From Callorhinchus milii (lineage: Eukaryota), in contig NW_024704742.1 in NCBI RefSeq assembly GCF_018977255.1, positions 10,046,001 through 10,110,000 of the forward strand: a stretch of 64,000 nt of DNA, read 5' to 3'. Each line of letters opens with the position of its first letter. Within the stretch, counting starts at the first letter, position 1. Below the pieces are notes generated by a model, which saw only the letters and a list, made by a program, of their open reading frames with translations, had not been told where the DNA came from and made no database searches. This document shows, piece after piece, positions 1 to 11,842 of this stretch. Both the position numbers and the translations under genes were made by a program.

Positions 1-316
1 TCCACAGATCACCACCTGGATCCATTCCATCTTACAATGTCCTCTTTCACTCAAGACACAAACAATCTCAATCTCTCTTTCTCTCTCTCTGTCTGTCTCT
101 CTCTGTCTCTGTCTGTCTGTACAGCCCCTGGTGGTGAGAACCAGATGTTAGAGAGGAGTGACACTCAGTGGCAAAACACACAAAGAGACAGCAGCAGTTC
201 CACCAACCACTCAGCAGTCAGTCACTTGCTGTTGCTGATCGGATGGGAGAAGAACAGAAGGAGAAACAAAGAAAAGAATGATAGTATGATTGCTGTGCAC
301 CAGCCCGTGCCCTTAC

Positions 317-337
317 CCCATCATTGTCCTGGTCCAT
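317..337 (-). CDS. Candidate short first coding exon (MDQDNDG) of an unidentified minus-strand gene continuing left of the window
   Basis: Minus strand reads ...GTGCGG ATG GAC CAG GAC AAT GAT GGG|GTAAGG, a phase-0 GT donor at 316-315. Possible acceptor tgcatag|G at 348/347. Upstream is unique, UTR-like sequence. No homology recognised. Confidence 0.35.
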
Positions 338-539
338 CCGCACTTTCCTATGCAGATAGCGTTGTGAGTGAGTGAGAGAGTGAGTGAGTGGTGATGCGCT
401 GATGTGCTTCTGAGCGCAATGGGTTTACTGCGCTTTGTGCTGTGTGTGTGTCTGTGAGACAGAGCTGCGCTACTCTCTGGCTCTGATCTCAGCTCTCCCA
501 CAGACTGCCCCTCACAGCCCCCAGCTCCATCACTCTCTC

Positions 540-945
540 ACACACACACACACCCTCCAGCTAATGTCACACAGAGTGAGAGAGACAGAACATGGGCAAG
601 GGGAAGGTGGGAGGAGAGAGAGAGAGCAAAGAGAGGGGTGGGAGGAGAGAGAGAGAGAGAGAGAGGAGGAGAGCTAGCATGGGAGTGGGAATGGGGTGGG
701 AGGAGAGACAGAGGGGAGGAGCGAGAGAGGGAGGGTGTGGAGAGAGAGAGAGAGAGAGGGGGGTGGAGAGTGAAAGCATGAGAGGGAAAAGGGAGAGTGG
801 GGCAAGAGAGAGGGGAGGAGAGAGCATGGGGGGGGGGGGGGGGGGAAGGGGAGGAAACAGGAGAAGGAGAGAGCGGTAGAGATGGAAAGGGTGTGGAGAG
901 AGAGAGCATAACAGAGGGAAAGGGGTAGGGGGAGATAGAGAGGAG
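540..945. repeat. (CA)n then GA/G-rich low-complexity purine tract
   Basis: Runs of gagaga, a poly-G at ~827-845, and ORFs composed of ER/SL repeats. Confidence 0.9.
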
Positions 946-1257
946 ACGAGAGTCTGCGGTGCGCTGCCCCTCCCTAGAAACTAGCATAGGGGGTGGTGGG
1001 GTCGAGGCTGTGTACGGCCCCGGCTCCGAATGTCACCAGATTGGGCTATCTCCACCCCCAGCTTGGATGGAAATCCCTAAATGTCCAGAGCCTTGAGACG
1101 TCCTCCCAACATGAAAGGCGCTTTACAGATGCAATTTGTTGCTGTTAGCTGTTGCTTATGTTGTCAATTCACTTTACAGTATATTCTGTGAAGCGATATA
1201 CTCTCGAAGGTGCGATAAGACGCTATATCAAATGCAAGGATTATTATTATTATAAAT

Positions 1258-1807
1258 CCAGCACAATGCTTGAGAGTATCCAAAACAGACAGAGTTCCAT
1301 AGTTCCATGTACGTGATGGTCTCGGTAGTCCAGTTCCTGAGCCAGATGGGTCTGCAGTATTCCAGGGCACTGCTGATGACGGCACAGTCTGGCTCATCAG
1401 CAGCACCTAGAAGGGCAGACCAGTCACTGGGGGCAGGGAGTCATCCCACTCAGCTCCTGTTAACCCTGCAAGCCAAAGCCTTAAAGGGTAGGTGGTCAAG
1501 CAGCAGGAAGTTTGCCAGAAAAACTTTCAACAACAACAACAACAAGATTCCATTTATAGAGCGCCTTTCACGTCGGGAGGACGTCCCAATCTAATGGTTT
1601 TAGCTGGTCCAACTCCAACACTACCACAAACCTTGGCTCTTGCTAAGAATTAAGTAAGCATGAAGTGTCCCTCTAGGGAGAGTGTGTGCATTCCATTGCA
1701 GACACAGGGGGCACGCATATGTGGATGTTATAGTCTAGTTTGGATATTCTTAAGCATAGTGATGGGTTTCCACACATGTCAGACACCTGGCTGTCCACAA
1801 GAATAAA
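1258..1807 (+). mobile_element. Unclassified interspersed repeat, copy 1, with a short inverted segment at its 5' end and an L2 tail inserted at ~1529-1589
   Basis: 1313-1807 is the reverse complement of ~34885-35370. 1258-1312 matches 34923-34985 in the forward orientation. Confidence 0.7.
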
Positions 1808-2371
1808 TTACTGCCTCCTGTTTGTCTCCCTGTCTCTTTCTGTCCCTCACTTCCTGTCTCTCCCTGTCTCACCTCTTTGTGAGTTTGTTCTCCCTGTGTC
1901 TCTCACTCTGTCTTTGATTCTGTCACTCTGCCTCTCTCTCTCTCTCTCTCTGGTCTGTCTTTTTCTGTGAGTCTTTCCTACTCCATACTCTATGGCTCTT
2001 GCACACTGATTCTCACACATTTAAAAACAGTTTGTTGCTACGACGATGACAACAACAACTTGCATTTATATAGCACCCCTCATGCAGGTCAGCGCTCCAG
2101 AGAGCTTGACAGTGAAGGAACACAACACCAGGGGGAGGGGGAGGTTGACCATAGACATGATCGAAGAGGAAGGTCTTCGACGAGTGTTCCAGAGTTTTGG
2201 GGCATCATGGCTGAAAGTGCGTCCACCAATGGTGGCAGCAACGGGAAATTTGCGTGAAACTTTTTTTAGAATTAGTTGTCAAATTGTACACTATGGTTCC
2301 ATAGTTTATACATTTTAATGCTATGTCGATGGTTGGGGGAGAAATCCACAAAACGTGGAGTTAGGGTCGAG

Positions 2372-2897
2372 TAACATAGGAACAGGAGGAGGCCATTCAG
2401 TCCCTTGAGCCTGTTCCTCCATTCTATTAGTTCATGGCTGATCTGTACCTCAAGTCCAAATATCCCTTCTTGCCCCATATCCATTTATACCCTGACCTAA
2501 CAAATATTTATCCACCTCAGTCTTGAAGATGTGAATGGATCCAACATCCACAACCTTTCGGAGGAGAGACAGATTTCCATTACCCTTTGGGTGAAAAACT
2601 GCCTCCTGATTTCATTCCTAAATGGCCGAGCTCTAATTTTAAGATTATTCCCCTTGTCCTGCATTCCCCTACCAGAGGAAATAGTTCCTCTGTATCTACC
2701 CAATCGAACACTTTTATCATTTTAAACACCTCAATCAGACTCACGGGAATAGAGAGCAAGTTTATGCAACCTGTCCTCATAATTTAACCCTTTAAGCCCT
2801 GGTATCATTCTGGTGAATCTGCGTTGCACCCCCTCAGGGCCAATATTTCTTTCCTGAGGTGCGGTGCCAAAACTGAACACAATACTCCAGATGGGGT
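2372..2897 (-). mobile_element. CR1 LINE 3' fragment
   Basis: Minus-strand peptides EGVQRRFTRMIPGLKGLNYEDRL, FFTQRV and TRG are typical CR1 ORF2 C-terminus, followed by the CR1 3' end. Confidence 0.9.
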
Positions 2898-3060
2898 TTC
2901 TACTGAAGTTGTCTGTTTTGAAAAGGTCACAAAGTCCTGAAACAAGTTGACAAACTTCTTTTGTTTCTTTGTGGAAACCCAGTCGAGAGCTAAGCCGAAT
3001 GTTGGTCATGCATAGGTGAGGTGGACTGTATTGGTCTTTGATACTCTACATTTCTACATT

Positions 3061-3412
3061 TAGCTCAGTGCTTAGAGCACTCACCTCGCAAGTGAGAGAC
3101 CTTGATTAGATTCCCAACAGGGCGAAACGTTGGGCAAGTTTCCTTACTCCACACGTCTCTGTTTACCTAGCAGCAAGTAGAAACACAGTTGTTAGTCGAA
3201 TGGCGGATCGCTTTTCTGGAGGTAATAATTCCTTCAAAAAAAATAATAATTTGGTCACTCATTCTACCACTGTTTGTGAGACACTGCTCTGTGTAATTGG
3301 CTGTGGTGTTTTGCCCACAAAATTCACTTTACAGTATATTCTGTGAAGCGCTTTGAGATGTCTCAAAGACGTGATAAGAGTTAGGTCAAAATGCAAGGAT
3401 TATTATTATTAT
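3061..3412 (+). mobile_element. tRNA-derived SINE (major family), near full length
   Basis: A-box TAGCTCAGTG, B-box-like region, shared family body, and tail ending gcaaggattattattatt. Confidence 0.9.
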
Positions 3413-4194
3413 TTCTACTATCCTATGATGTGCAGTCCGATGGAATTTGCACCATAGGCTGTGTGTGCTGGTGTTTATAAACAACTACACAAAATAAAAA
3501 GTTTGCTGAACTATTTTTGAGGAAAACCATGCTCTTGTAAATAGATCTGCTCTACATTCCATTCTGATGACTGCTTTCAAGTAACTCGCTGTTACTGAGA
3601 TCATTACATTATAGAAGCACCAGAAAATCGCACTGGTGACAACAGAGTACTGGGAGAATGCAAAGCATGTCCAGGTTCACAAAAAGAATTGGGGAACAGG
3701 TTTACGCCAAGCTCGTGTTTATCAAACATTCCTGACTAGAGATCATAACACACAATGTCCTCCAAGCCAATTTGAGAACAAGTAAATGCCCCTCTCTTGA
3801 TAGGATTCCTAGCTGCATAGTAACTCAATATCCCTATTTCCCGAAGAGTTACCTGCCAGGAAACATTTGCTAATAGGATTAAGTATCAGACGGTGAAATA
3901 TGCATCTCAATTAAAAAGAAAACATTGTTTTATATGAGGGTTTTGGAGGGTAAGTTTACTCTACGAGGTGCCTCAGTCATTACTTCTCAATTTTATCAAT
4001 GGAAATACCTGTACGTTAATCATTGCCTCTCTCTTGAACCCTTTACTGATGCTTGGATTTTATCATCTCAAATGTTGGGTGTCAGTTTGGCTCAAACCAC
4101 TGCCCATTACAGATCCACTCAGCCGGCAATCTCTGCTTCTAATTCACCATCGCCCATCTCTGTATCTGTATTGCTCTCTTGTCAAGCATTCCAC

Positions 4195-5450
4195 TATGTA
4201 CCTCTGCCTCCTCATCCTCCTCGACCTCTCTGCTGCCTTCAATACCGTGAACCACTCCATCCACCTCCACCGCCTTTTCTTTCACCTCAACCTTCAAGGT
4301 TCTGGGAGAAATAAGATCTGAATGGTTCAGGTCTTATCTCACACACCACCTCCAATTTGTCTCCATCAACAGTCTCTCTTCCAGCCCCCACACAGTCTTG
4401 TGAGGTGTTCCTCAGGGCTATGTCCTTGGTCCCCTCCTCTTTAAACTTTACATGTTCCCCCTTGGTGACATCATCCGCAGACATGGGGTCAACTTCAACA
4501 TGTATGGGGATGACAGCCTACTCTATCTCTCTGCCTCCACTCTCGATTCTAGGCAACTGATGTCCTGACAGACTGTCTGTCTGACATTAAGTCCTGCACG
4601 AGAGCCAACTTTGTACAGCTGAATGTCAGCAAAACTGAGGCCCTCCTGATTGGTTCGTGCCAGTGCCTCTGCACCTCAGGCACTGGCAGCATCAGCATCC
4701 ACGGTTGCAAACTCCACCTCACCAAGCCAGTCAGGAACCTAGGTGTCTTGTTCGACCCTTGACTGTCCTTTCTCCCCCATATCCCTGCCAGGACCCGCTC
4801 TACCTTCCCCACCTCTGCAACATTGCCCGATTCTGCCACTATCTCACCCCTCAGGCCACCAAAACCCTCATATTCGCATTCGTCACCTCAAGGCTCGACT
4901 ACAGAAACTCCCTCCTTGTCGGCCTCCCCAACCTTTCCCTCCACAAGCTGCAAATCATCCACTAATCTGCAACTCATGTCCTCTCCCGCACCAGGCTCCA
5001 TGACCCCATCACCCCCATCCTTGCCCGGCTCCACTTGCTCCCCATCCTTCAGAGGATAGAATTCAAAATTCTCATCCTCACTTTCAAGGCCCTCCATGGC
5101 CTTGCCCCCTTCTACATCTCTGACCTGCTGACCCTCCGCTCCCTCCGCTCAGCAGGCTCTAGCCTGCTCCAGGACTCCCGCTCAACCCACCCTATCATCG
5201 GTAGCCAGGCTTTCAGCATCTCTGTCCCCACCCTTTGGAACTCCATCTCACAATACCTTTGCCTTGCTCCCTCTCTTGTCTCCTTCAAGGCACGACTTAA
5301 CTTTCTCCTTTTTGACTGTGCCTTCTACCCTTCCTCATCCCAACCCAGCCCCCCCCCCACGCTCGGGTCCTGATCCCTGACTGTTCAGTGCCTTGGGACG
5401 TCCTCCCGACATGAAAGATGCTTTACAAATCTAATTTTGTTGTTGTTATT
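4195..5450 (+). mobile_element. L2 LINE, 5'-truncated and decayed (RT core to 3' tail)
   Basis: LLILLDLSAAFNTVNH, FVTSRLDY and RIEFKILILTFKALHGLAP motifs; ends in stem-loop plus (TTG)n. Confidence 0.92.
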
Positions 5451-5664
5451 GTATGTCAGGCTCCAGCTGGTGGCATTCTCACCTCTGGGTTGTAGGTTCA
5501 ATGCCCACTAACAGTGTAAGTTGATACTCCAGTTCAGTTCTGGGGGGAATTAGTGCCAGTACTGTGGAGTCTTGTTGCATAGTGGTTAGAGCATTCGTCT
5601 CGCAAGCTGGAGACCTGGGTTCAGTTCCCGGGCAGGGCGAAATGTTGGCTGTTTCCTTACTTAA

Positions 5665-6160
5665 ATGCAGCCCGGGTCCTCTCCCGCACCAAACTCCGTG
5701 ACCCCCATCTCCCCCACTCTTGCCCGACTCCATTGGCTCCCTATCTTTCAGAGGATTCAGTCCTCACATACAAAGCCCTTCATAGCCTTGCCCCACCCTA
5801 CCTCTTCGACCTCCTAACCCCCTACCAACCCGCCCATTCCCTCCACTCAGCCGGTTCTGGTCTGCTCCATGTCCCCCAACCCACCCGCCCCACCATTGGT
5901 GGGAGAGCCTTCAGCCACTCTGCCCCCAACCTCTGGAATTCCATCCCCCAGTCACTCCGCCTCGCCCCCTCCTTATCCTCCTTTAAGTCCTGCATCAAGA
6001 CCCTCCTCTTCAACCATGCCATTGGTCACCCCCCTTTCCCTCCCCTCCCTTCCCCCACACCCCGACCCCAGCTCGGGTCTGAAATGCTGTACTCTGTCCA
6101 GCGCCTTGAGATGTCCTCTCGACGTGAAAGGCACTGTACAAATGTAATCTTCTTGTTGTA
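5665..6160 (+). mobile_element. L2 LINE 3' fragment, preceded by a SINE head at ~5566-5660
   Basis: TYKALHSLAPPYL...GGRAFSHSAPNLWNSIP motif and L2 tail. Confidence 0.9.
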
Positions 6161-8101
6161 GTATATTCTTTGAAGTGCTTTGAGACCCATCAAAGACGTG
6201 ATAAGACGCTGTATCAACAACAACAACAACAAAATTACACTTGTATAGTGCCTTTCACATCGGGAGGACGTCCCAAGGCGCTGGAACATGCAAGGATTAT
6301 TATAAGTAAACAACACAACAACAACAAGATTTCATTTATAGAGCACCTTTCACGTCGGGAGGATGTCCCAAGGAGCTGGACAGTTGGGTCGGGACAGTCA
6401 CTGCATTTCACAGTAAATCCAGTGAAGTCCTCTGAGACAGCTCAATGACACTTTATCAAATACAAGGATTATTATTATTATTCACAAGGGATCTTTCTCA
6501 TTTGTATTGGGATTTTGCATGGCATATGGGGCGGCTGCATTCCTATTGCCAGAGCGATTGGCGGAAAGGGAAGGAATAAACTCTGAACTCGCTGGCTATG
6601 AGCTGGTCTGTCAGGTGTCTCTGTTATTGTGAAGTGTACTTGCAGTCGAGTTTTAAAAGCTAAATGCACAAGTCCCTCATAGATAACCCCTGTCCTCTTT
6701 CAAATCATAATGACAACAGCCTAAGGATGGGTGAGAATGGGATCCGGTTTCAATGATTGCTGCAATGCAAGGCAGTCTTTGAACTGTAGGGCATCAGTGT
6801 ATTATTAATCATTCAATCCCATCTGACTCTGGTAGGAAATACAAACTATGCACAGGAAGATACCATTCCCAGTCAAGTAAACTTCTTGATTATTCCACTT
6901 CACTCAACAGCCAAAGCAATGAGTGAAAGTAACTGGTGCATCCTATAGGAGATTAAAAGGTCCATCCAACCGAACACAGGTTCCACACTTCAGATCACAA
7001 CACATCACAGATCGCAAAATTTCTCCCAGTTATCTTTTCTTCTATTGATAATAATAATCATAATAATTCTTCCATTTGATATGACGCCTTATCATGTCTT
7101 CGAGACGTCTCAAAACGCTTCACATGATATATTGTAAAGTGAATTGACATTTTTTTGTGGGCGAAACTCAGCAGCCAATTGCACACAACAGTGTCCCACA
7201 AACAGTCATGGATTGAGTGACCAAATTATTATTATTTTTTGGAGCGATTATTCTGTTCTTTCAAATTCAGGGTTATGAAATCTTTACATCGCATTTATGA
7301 GTTATTATTCTGTGTACTTACCTCTGATCTGTTGTAAAACTTTTACTCCAGAAGCTATATTTTGTAAGAGATTGGAAGCTCAGTGAGTCAATGAACCAAG
7401 CAGTGTGACACTGAATTTAATAATATAACAATAATAATCCTTGCATTTGACATTGTGCCTTATCACATCTTCGAGATGTCTCACAGAGGCTTCTGGAGTA
7501 AGGAAACTTGCCCAACGTTTTGCCCTGCCGGGAACCAAATCCAAGTCCTCTCGTTTGCAAGGCGAGAGCTCTAACTACTGAGCTACAGGACTTGCACTGA
7601 TCAGGACGTGCCCCCTATTGAAAGATTGGCCAACACTGAGAATTTTAATCAAAATCAGCAGTTTACTTGATCTTGGTTGTGACAGATCTGCTATGACCTG
7701 GGCTAAAGGAGGGGAAAATAGACAACCTGGGTTCCTGCTTATGATTATCCACCTGTGCCGAAAAAAGCAACGTGTGTCCACGGAAGATGAGAACAGAAAC
7801 CAGCTCTGCTCTGATCCCAGACAGTGGATTTCAACTGCAGAGGAAGTCACAACTTAGTGCAAGCCTGCGCTCAGCAGGTGGGTGCTTTTCATGAGGAATC
7901 ACTGGCTGGTTATCTCCCTGCCAACCCGAGAACACTGAGGTCAATTTTGTATAGAATTTACCCCACCACCACCAACAACCTATTTGAGATGAGCTTACTC
8001 AGCACACACCCGGGATTTAGATTTAGGGCTACCTCATCTGGTTTAGTACTACTCTGAGCATCTGAGTCATTGGAGGAATCTCTTCAATATTTTTAATAAA
8101 A

Positions 8102-8742
8102 AATAATAATCCTTGTGTTTGATATCGCGCCTCATTATATTGTTGAAATGTCTCAAAGCGCTTTACAGGATATACTGTAAAGTGAATCGACTGTGTATTT
8201 TGTGTGCGAAATGTGGCAGCCAATTGCACACAACAGTGCCCCACAAACTGCCGTGGACTGAGTGACCAAATGTTTTTTTGAAAGGATTATTATTTGGTGT
8301 CCTGTAGCTCAGTGGTTAGAACATTTGCCTTGCAAGCGAGAGACCTGGGTTCTATTCCCGGCAGGGTGAAACCTTGGGCAAGCTTCCTTCCTCCACAAGA
8401 AAAAAAGCAATAATAAATTGGTCACTCAATCCACGACTGTTTGTGGGACACTGCTGTGTGCAATTGGCTGCCGCTTTCTCCCACAAATATACAGTCAATT
8501 CACTTTACAGTATATTCTGTGAAGCGCTTTGAGGCGTCTAGAAGACCTGAAAAGAGCTATATCAAAGGCAAGGATTATTATTATTATCCCCACGAAGCGA
8601 TCCACCAATCAATTAACAACCCGGTTCCTAATTACTGCTAGGTAAGCAGAGGCATGTGGAGTATTAAATTTGCCTAAGGTTTCGTCCTGACCGTGAATTG
8701 AACCTGAGTCCTCTCACTTGCGAGGTGAGTGCTCTAAACCAC
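8102..8742. mobile_element. Nested SINEs: plus-strand copy (~8297-8586) inserted in a minus-strand copy
   Basis: Minus tail and body at 8102-8295, plus head and tail, then remainder of the minus head at 8590-8742. Confidence 0.8.
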
Positions 8743-8975
8743 TTGTGAGTGTGGTCAATGCAACATACAGCAATGCCTAAACTTTCAACAAACATTATCC
8801 AAATGTGTTGCATTTGTAATGACGAAAATTAAATGTTCAGTTAGTGTTTTATGCTACAAACAAATCTTCATGGCGGAAACTGACTTTTGGAATTGAATGC
8901 TCCAGCTCTGTGCCCAGCTACTAAATGACTCAGTACTATTGTTTTTTTATATACAGGAAAGGCAAAGTTACTTAC

Positions 8976-9312
8976 AATAATAATCCTTGCGCTTGATACA
9001 GTGCCTTATCACGTCTTCAAGACGTCTCAAAGCGCTTCATATGATATACTGTAAATTGAATTGATTGTATATATTTTTATGTTCTATGGGCGAAACACAG
9101 CAGCCTATTGTGCACAGCAGTGTCCCACAAACAGCTGTGAATTAAGTGATCAATTTTTTTTGAAGGAATTATTAACCCCAGAAAAGTGATCCGCCGGGTT
9201 CCGACTTACTGCTAGGTAAACAGAGGCGTGTGGAGTAAGGATTCCCTGCGGATAATTGAACCCAGGTATCTTGCTTGTGAAGTGAGTGCTCTAACCACTG
9301 AGCTACAGGACT
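8976..9312 (-). mobile_element. tRNA-derived SINE, near full length
   Basis: Reverse complement of the family consensus, from aataataatccttgc to agctacaggact. Confidence 0.9.
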
Positions 9313-10269
9313 TTGCTGTACTTAACACATTATAGCATGGAAACAGCCCAACTATTTCACACCTGTGTTTATACTCTACATCAGCCTCCTAACCACGTCT
9401 CCCGTAACCCTCTTTAACTTCTTTAAGAGTAACCAAAGTCAGCGTTTTAGAAGTTGGTGTGAAGAGTGTTTTTTTTTCATCTGTTGTCACCAAATAATTT
9501 GTGTTCCTCTACACAAATAATTTTTTGAAGACTGATGAAAAAATCTCTTTGCACCAACTTCAAAATTACACTCACAGCCGACAGAAAATGGATCATTTTG
9601 CATCAAACTGCTCGAAGCCTTGGAAGGAGAGATTGCAAGAATCTGCCAAGTAGGTCAATTGCACAGAGCAGTTGAATGTATGACAGTCATTCGAATGCTG
9701 CCTTTTGAAAATTAAAATGGATTTTGGACCAACAGTGAGCTGCTCAAACAAGAGGATCTTAATGCAAACTGGAAGAGGCGTCAGTGCTGGCAGGACTCCA
9801 TGTGAAGTTGGTGAATCCCGAGTCGCCTTGTTAACTAGATTTTTATATGACAAAAAGACTGAGTGAGTGGGGTTTAAAGTGAGCATGAGACAGTGTAATG
9901 GTCGCACGTTGCAGCCTTTGAAACAGATGGATTGAGTTACTGAGACAGCACGCATTAATAACTAACATCGCTTAGCCCCAGTCATGGCCTGGTTGGCATC
10001 TTTTTAAGGTGGACATTGTCAGCTCTCTACATAACTTTCTACATATCAAGAAATCCTGGCCTCTCTCACACGTGATCGATGAACAAAAGCAGAAAACGTT
10101 AAATCATTTTTTTGTGGTGGGGCGGGGGGGGGAGCAGAGCAACAAATTAGTCATATCCCAGATGAGCGTTCCCAACAGCTCAACAGCACATTCTCCTGTT
10201 ATGTCGTGACAGACATTCATAGAATCCTTTCCTTCCTATGCACTGATAAAGTCCCAGCTAAAAGATTAT

Positions 10270-10650
10270 TTCCTTCCTTCTCTGTTCTTTCTCTCCCTCC
10301 CTCGCTTTTACTTCTCTCTCTCTCTCTCTCTCTCTGTCATCTTCTAACACTTTGTATGTCTCTTTCATTCTATGTCTTTTTCACTATCCCTCTGTCTCTC
10401 TCGTTTTCTCTCTCTTTCCATTGTTCTCTATCTTGCACATGCTCTCTCTTTCTTTTTGTCATCTGCAATATCTCTGAATCTCACTGTCATTCTCACTTTC
10501 TGTATCATTCTCTCTTCTACCCCACCAACCCCTTTTCTCTCTCTGTCTTGTTTCGCTGTCTGTTTCCTTCATTCTCTGTCTTTCTCTCTCTGTCTCTCTC
10601 ATTTTCTCTCTCTTTCTGTTGCTCTCCATCTCGCACATGTTTTCTCTTTC
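10270..10650. repeat. CT-rich low-complexity tract
   Basis: Degenerate (TC)n pyrimidine tract. Confidence 0.85.
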
Positions 10651-10654
10651 TGTA

Positions 10655-11072
10655 TCCCCATCCACTGGTTCCCCATCCCCCAACCGATAAAGTTCAAAAT
10701 CCTTGTTCTCGCCTTCAAAGCCCCTCCATGGCCTTGCTTCTCCCTAACTCTGTGACCTGCTAACCCCTTATCAACCTGTTCACTCCCTTCACTCAACAGG
10801 CTCTGGCCTGCTCTATTTTGCCTGCCTGGCCCGCCCCACCATCGGTGGTCGCACCTTCAGCCTCTCTGCCCGCACCCTTTGGAACTCCATCCCACAGTCT
10901 CTTCACCTCGCTCCCTCCCTTTCCTCCTTCAAGGCCTGTCTCAAGACCCTCCTGTTCGACTGCGCTTTCAACCAACCTCCTACCCCTATCCTCGCTGCCC
11001 TCCGCCCCTTGCTCGGGTCCAAATCTCTGACTGTCTAGCGCTTTGGGACGCAAGTTGTTGTTGTTGTTGTTA
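10655..11072 (+). mobile_element. L2 LINE 3' fragment
   Basis: HWFPIPQPIKFKILVLAFKA motif and (TTG)n tail. Confidence 0.88.
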
Positions 11073-11419
11073 TGTCTGGTATTCTGTCAGATTGCAGGGA
11101 GAAACTCCCTTATCTATATAAATAGTCTTATGGGATTTTTAATTAGATTTAGGCTCTCCTGAATCCACAAGTTCTGATCCCAAGCCTCAAAGTGCTATCA
11201 TCTGAGTCAAACTGACATCAGTGGCTAAACTATGCACAGGTGGTTAACGACAACAACTTGCATTTGTAGAGCGCCCTTCACCACAGACTGTGACTTGGTG
11301 ATTAATCCACTGCGAATGCACCAAAGCTGACAGCAAGTACCATATTTTGGGCAGTGACACAATCAATCTCTTCTTGAAATGAAGATCCAAATCTAATTTA
11401 GTGGTTTAGATATTCAATA

Positions 11420-11842
11420 GAATAATAATTTATGCATTTGATATAACACCATATTCACTTTGTTAAAATGTCTCAAAGTGCTTCACAGGACTTACTGTAG
11501 AGTTTCTGTATTTGTAGGCAAGCACAGGAGCCAATTTGCACACATCATTGTCCCTGAAAGAGCCAAAGAGTGAGTGACCAATTTTATTTGGGGAATTGTT
11601 AATCAGGACACCGGACAAAACTTCCTTCTGTTATCAAATAGTGCCATGAGATCCTTAGCTTCCACCTGAACAGGCAGATGGGGCCTCGGTTTTATGTCTC
11701 ATCCGAACCTCTGACAATGAAACACACCCACAGCACTGCATTGGAGGGTCAGCATATGAGGTTATAAGTAGCGACATGGAGCTTGACTCCAAAATCTTCT
11801 AACTCAGCGGCGAGAGTACTACCAGCTGAGCCAAGCTGACAT
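11420..11842 (-). mobile_element. Older Deu-domain-type SINE (SacSINE1/AmnSINE-like). Related relics at ~20860-21160, 29590-29890, 35500-35650, 40975-41100, 51900-52460
   Basis: Contains aatagtgccatg.gatc...ccacctgaacaggcagatggggcctcggttt.atgtctcatccgaa, which I recognise as the reverse-complemented Deu core, and a tRNA-like head ending ctgagccaagctgaca. Confidence 0.7.

Noticed and set aside
435..987. ER-rich and SL-rich ORFs (also 10206-10763 and 48407-48757)
   Set aside because: Translations of GA/CT microsatellites.
1372..1401. CTGATGA as a second hammerhead ribozyme
   Set aside because: No stem II followed by GAAA; it is a simple hairpin.
3563..3600. C/D snoRNA-like TGATGA...CTGA
   Set aside because: Only ~24 nt between the boxes with a minimal terminal stem; too short.
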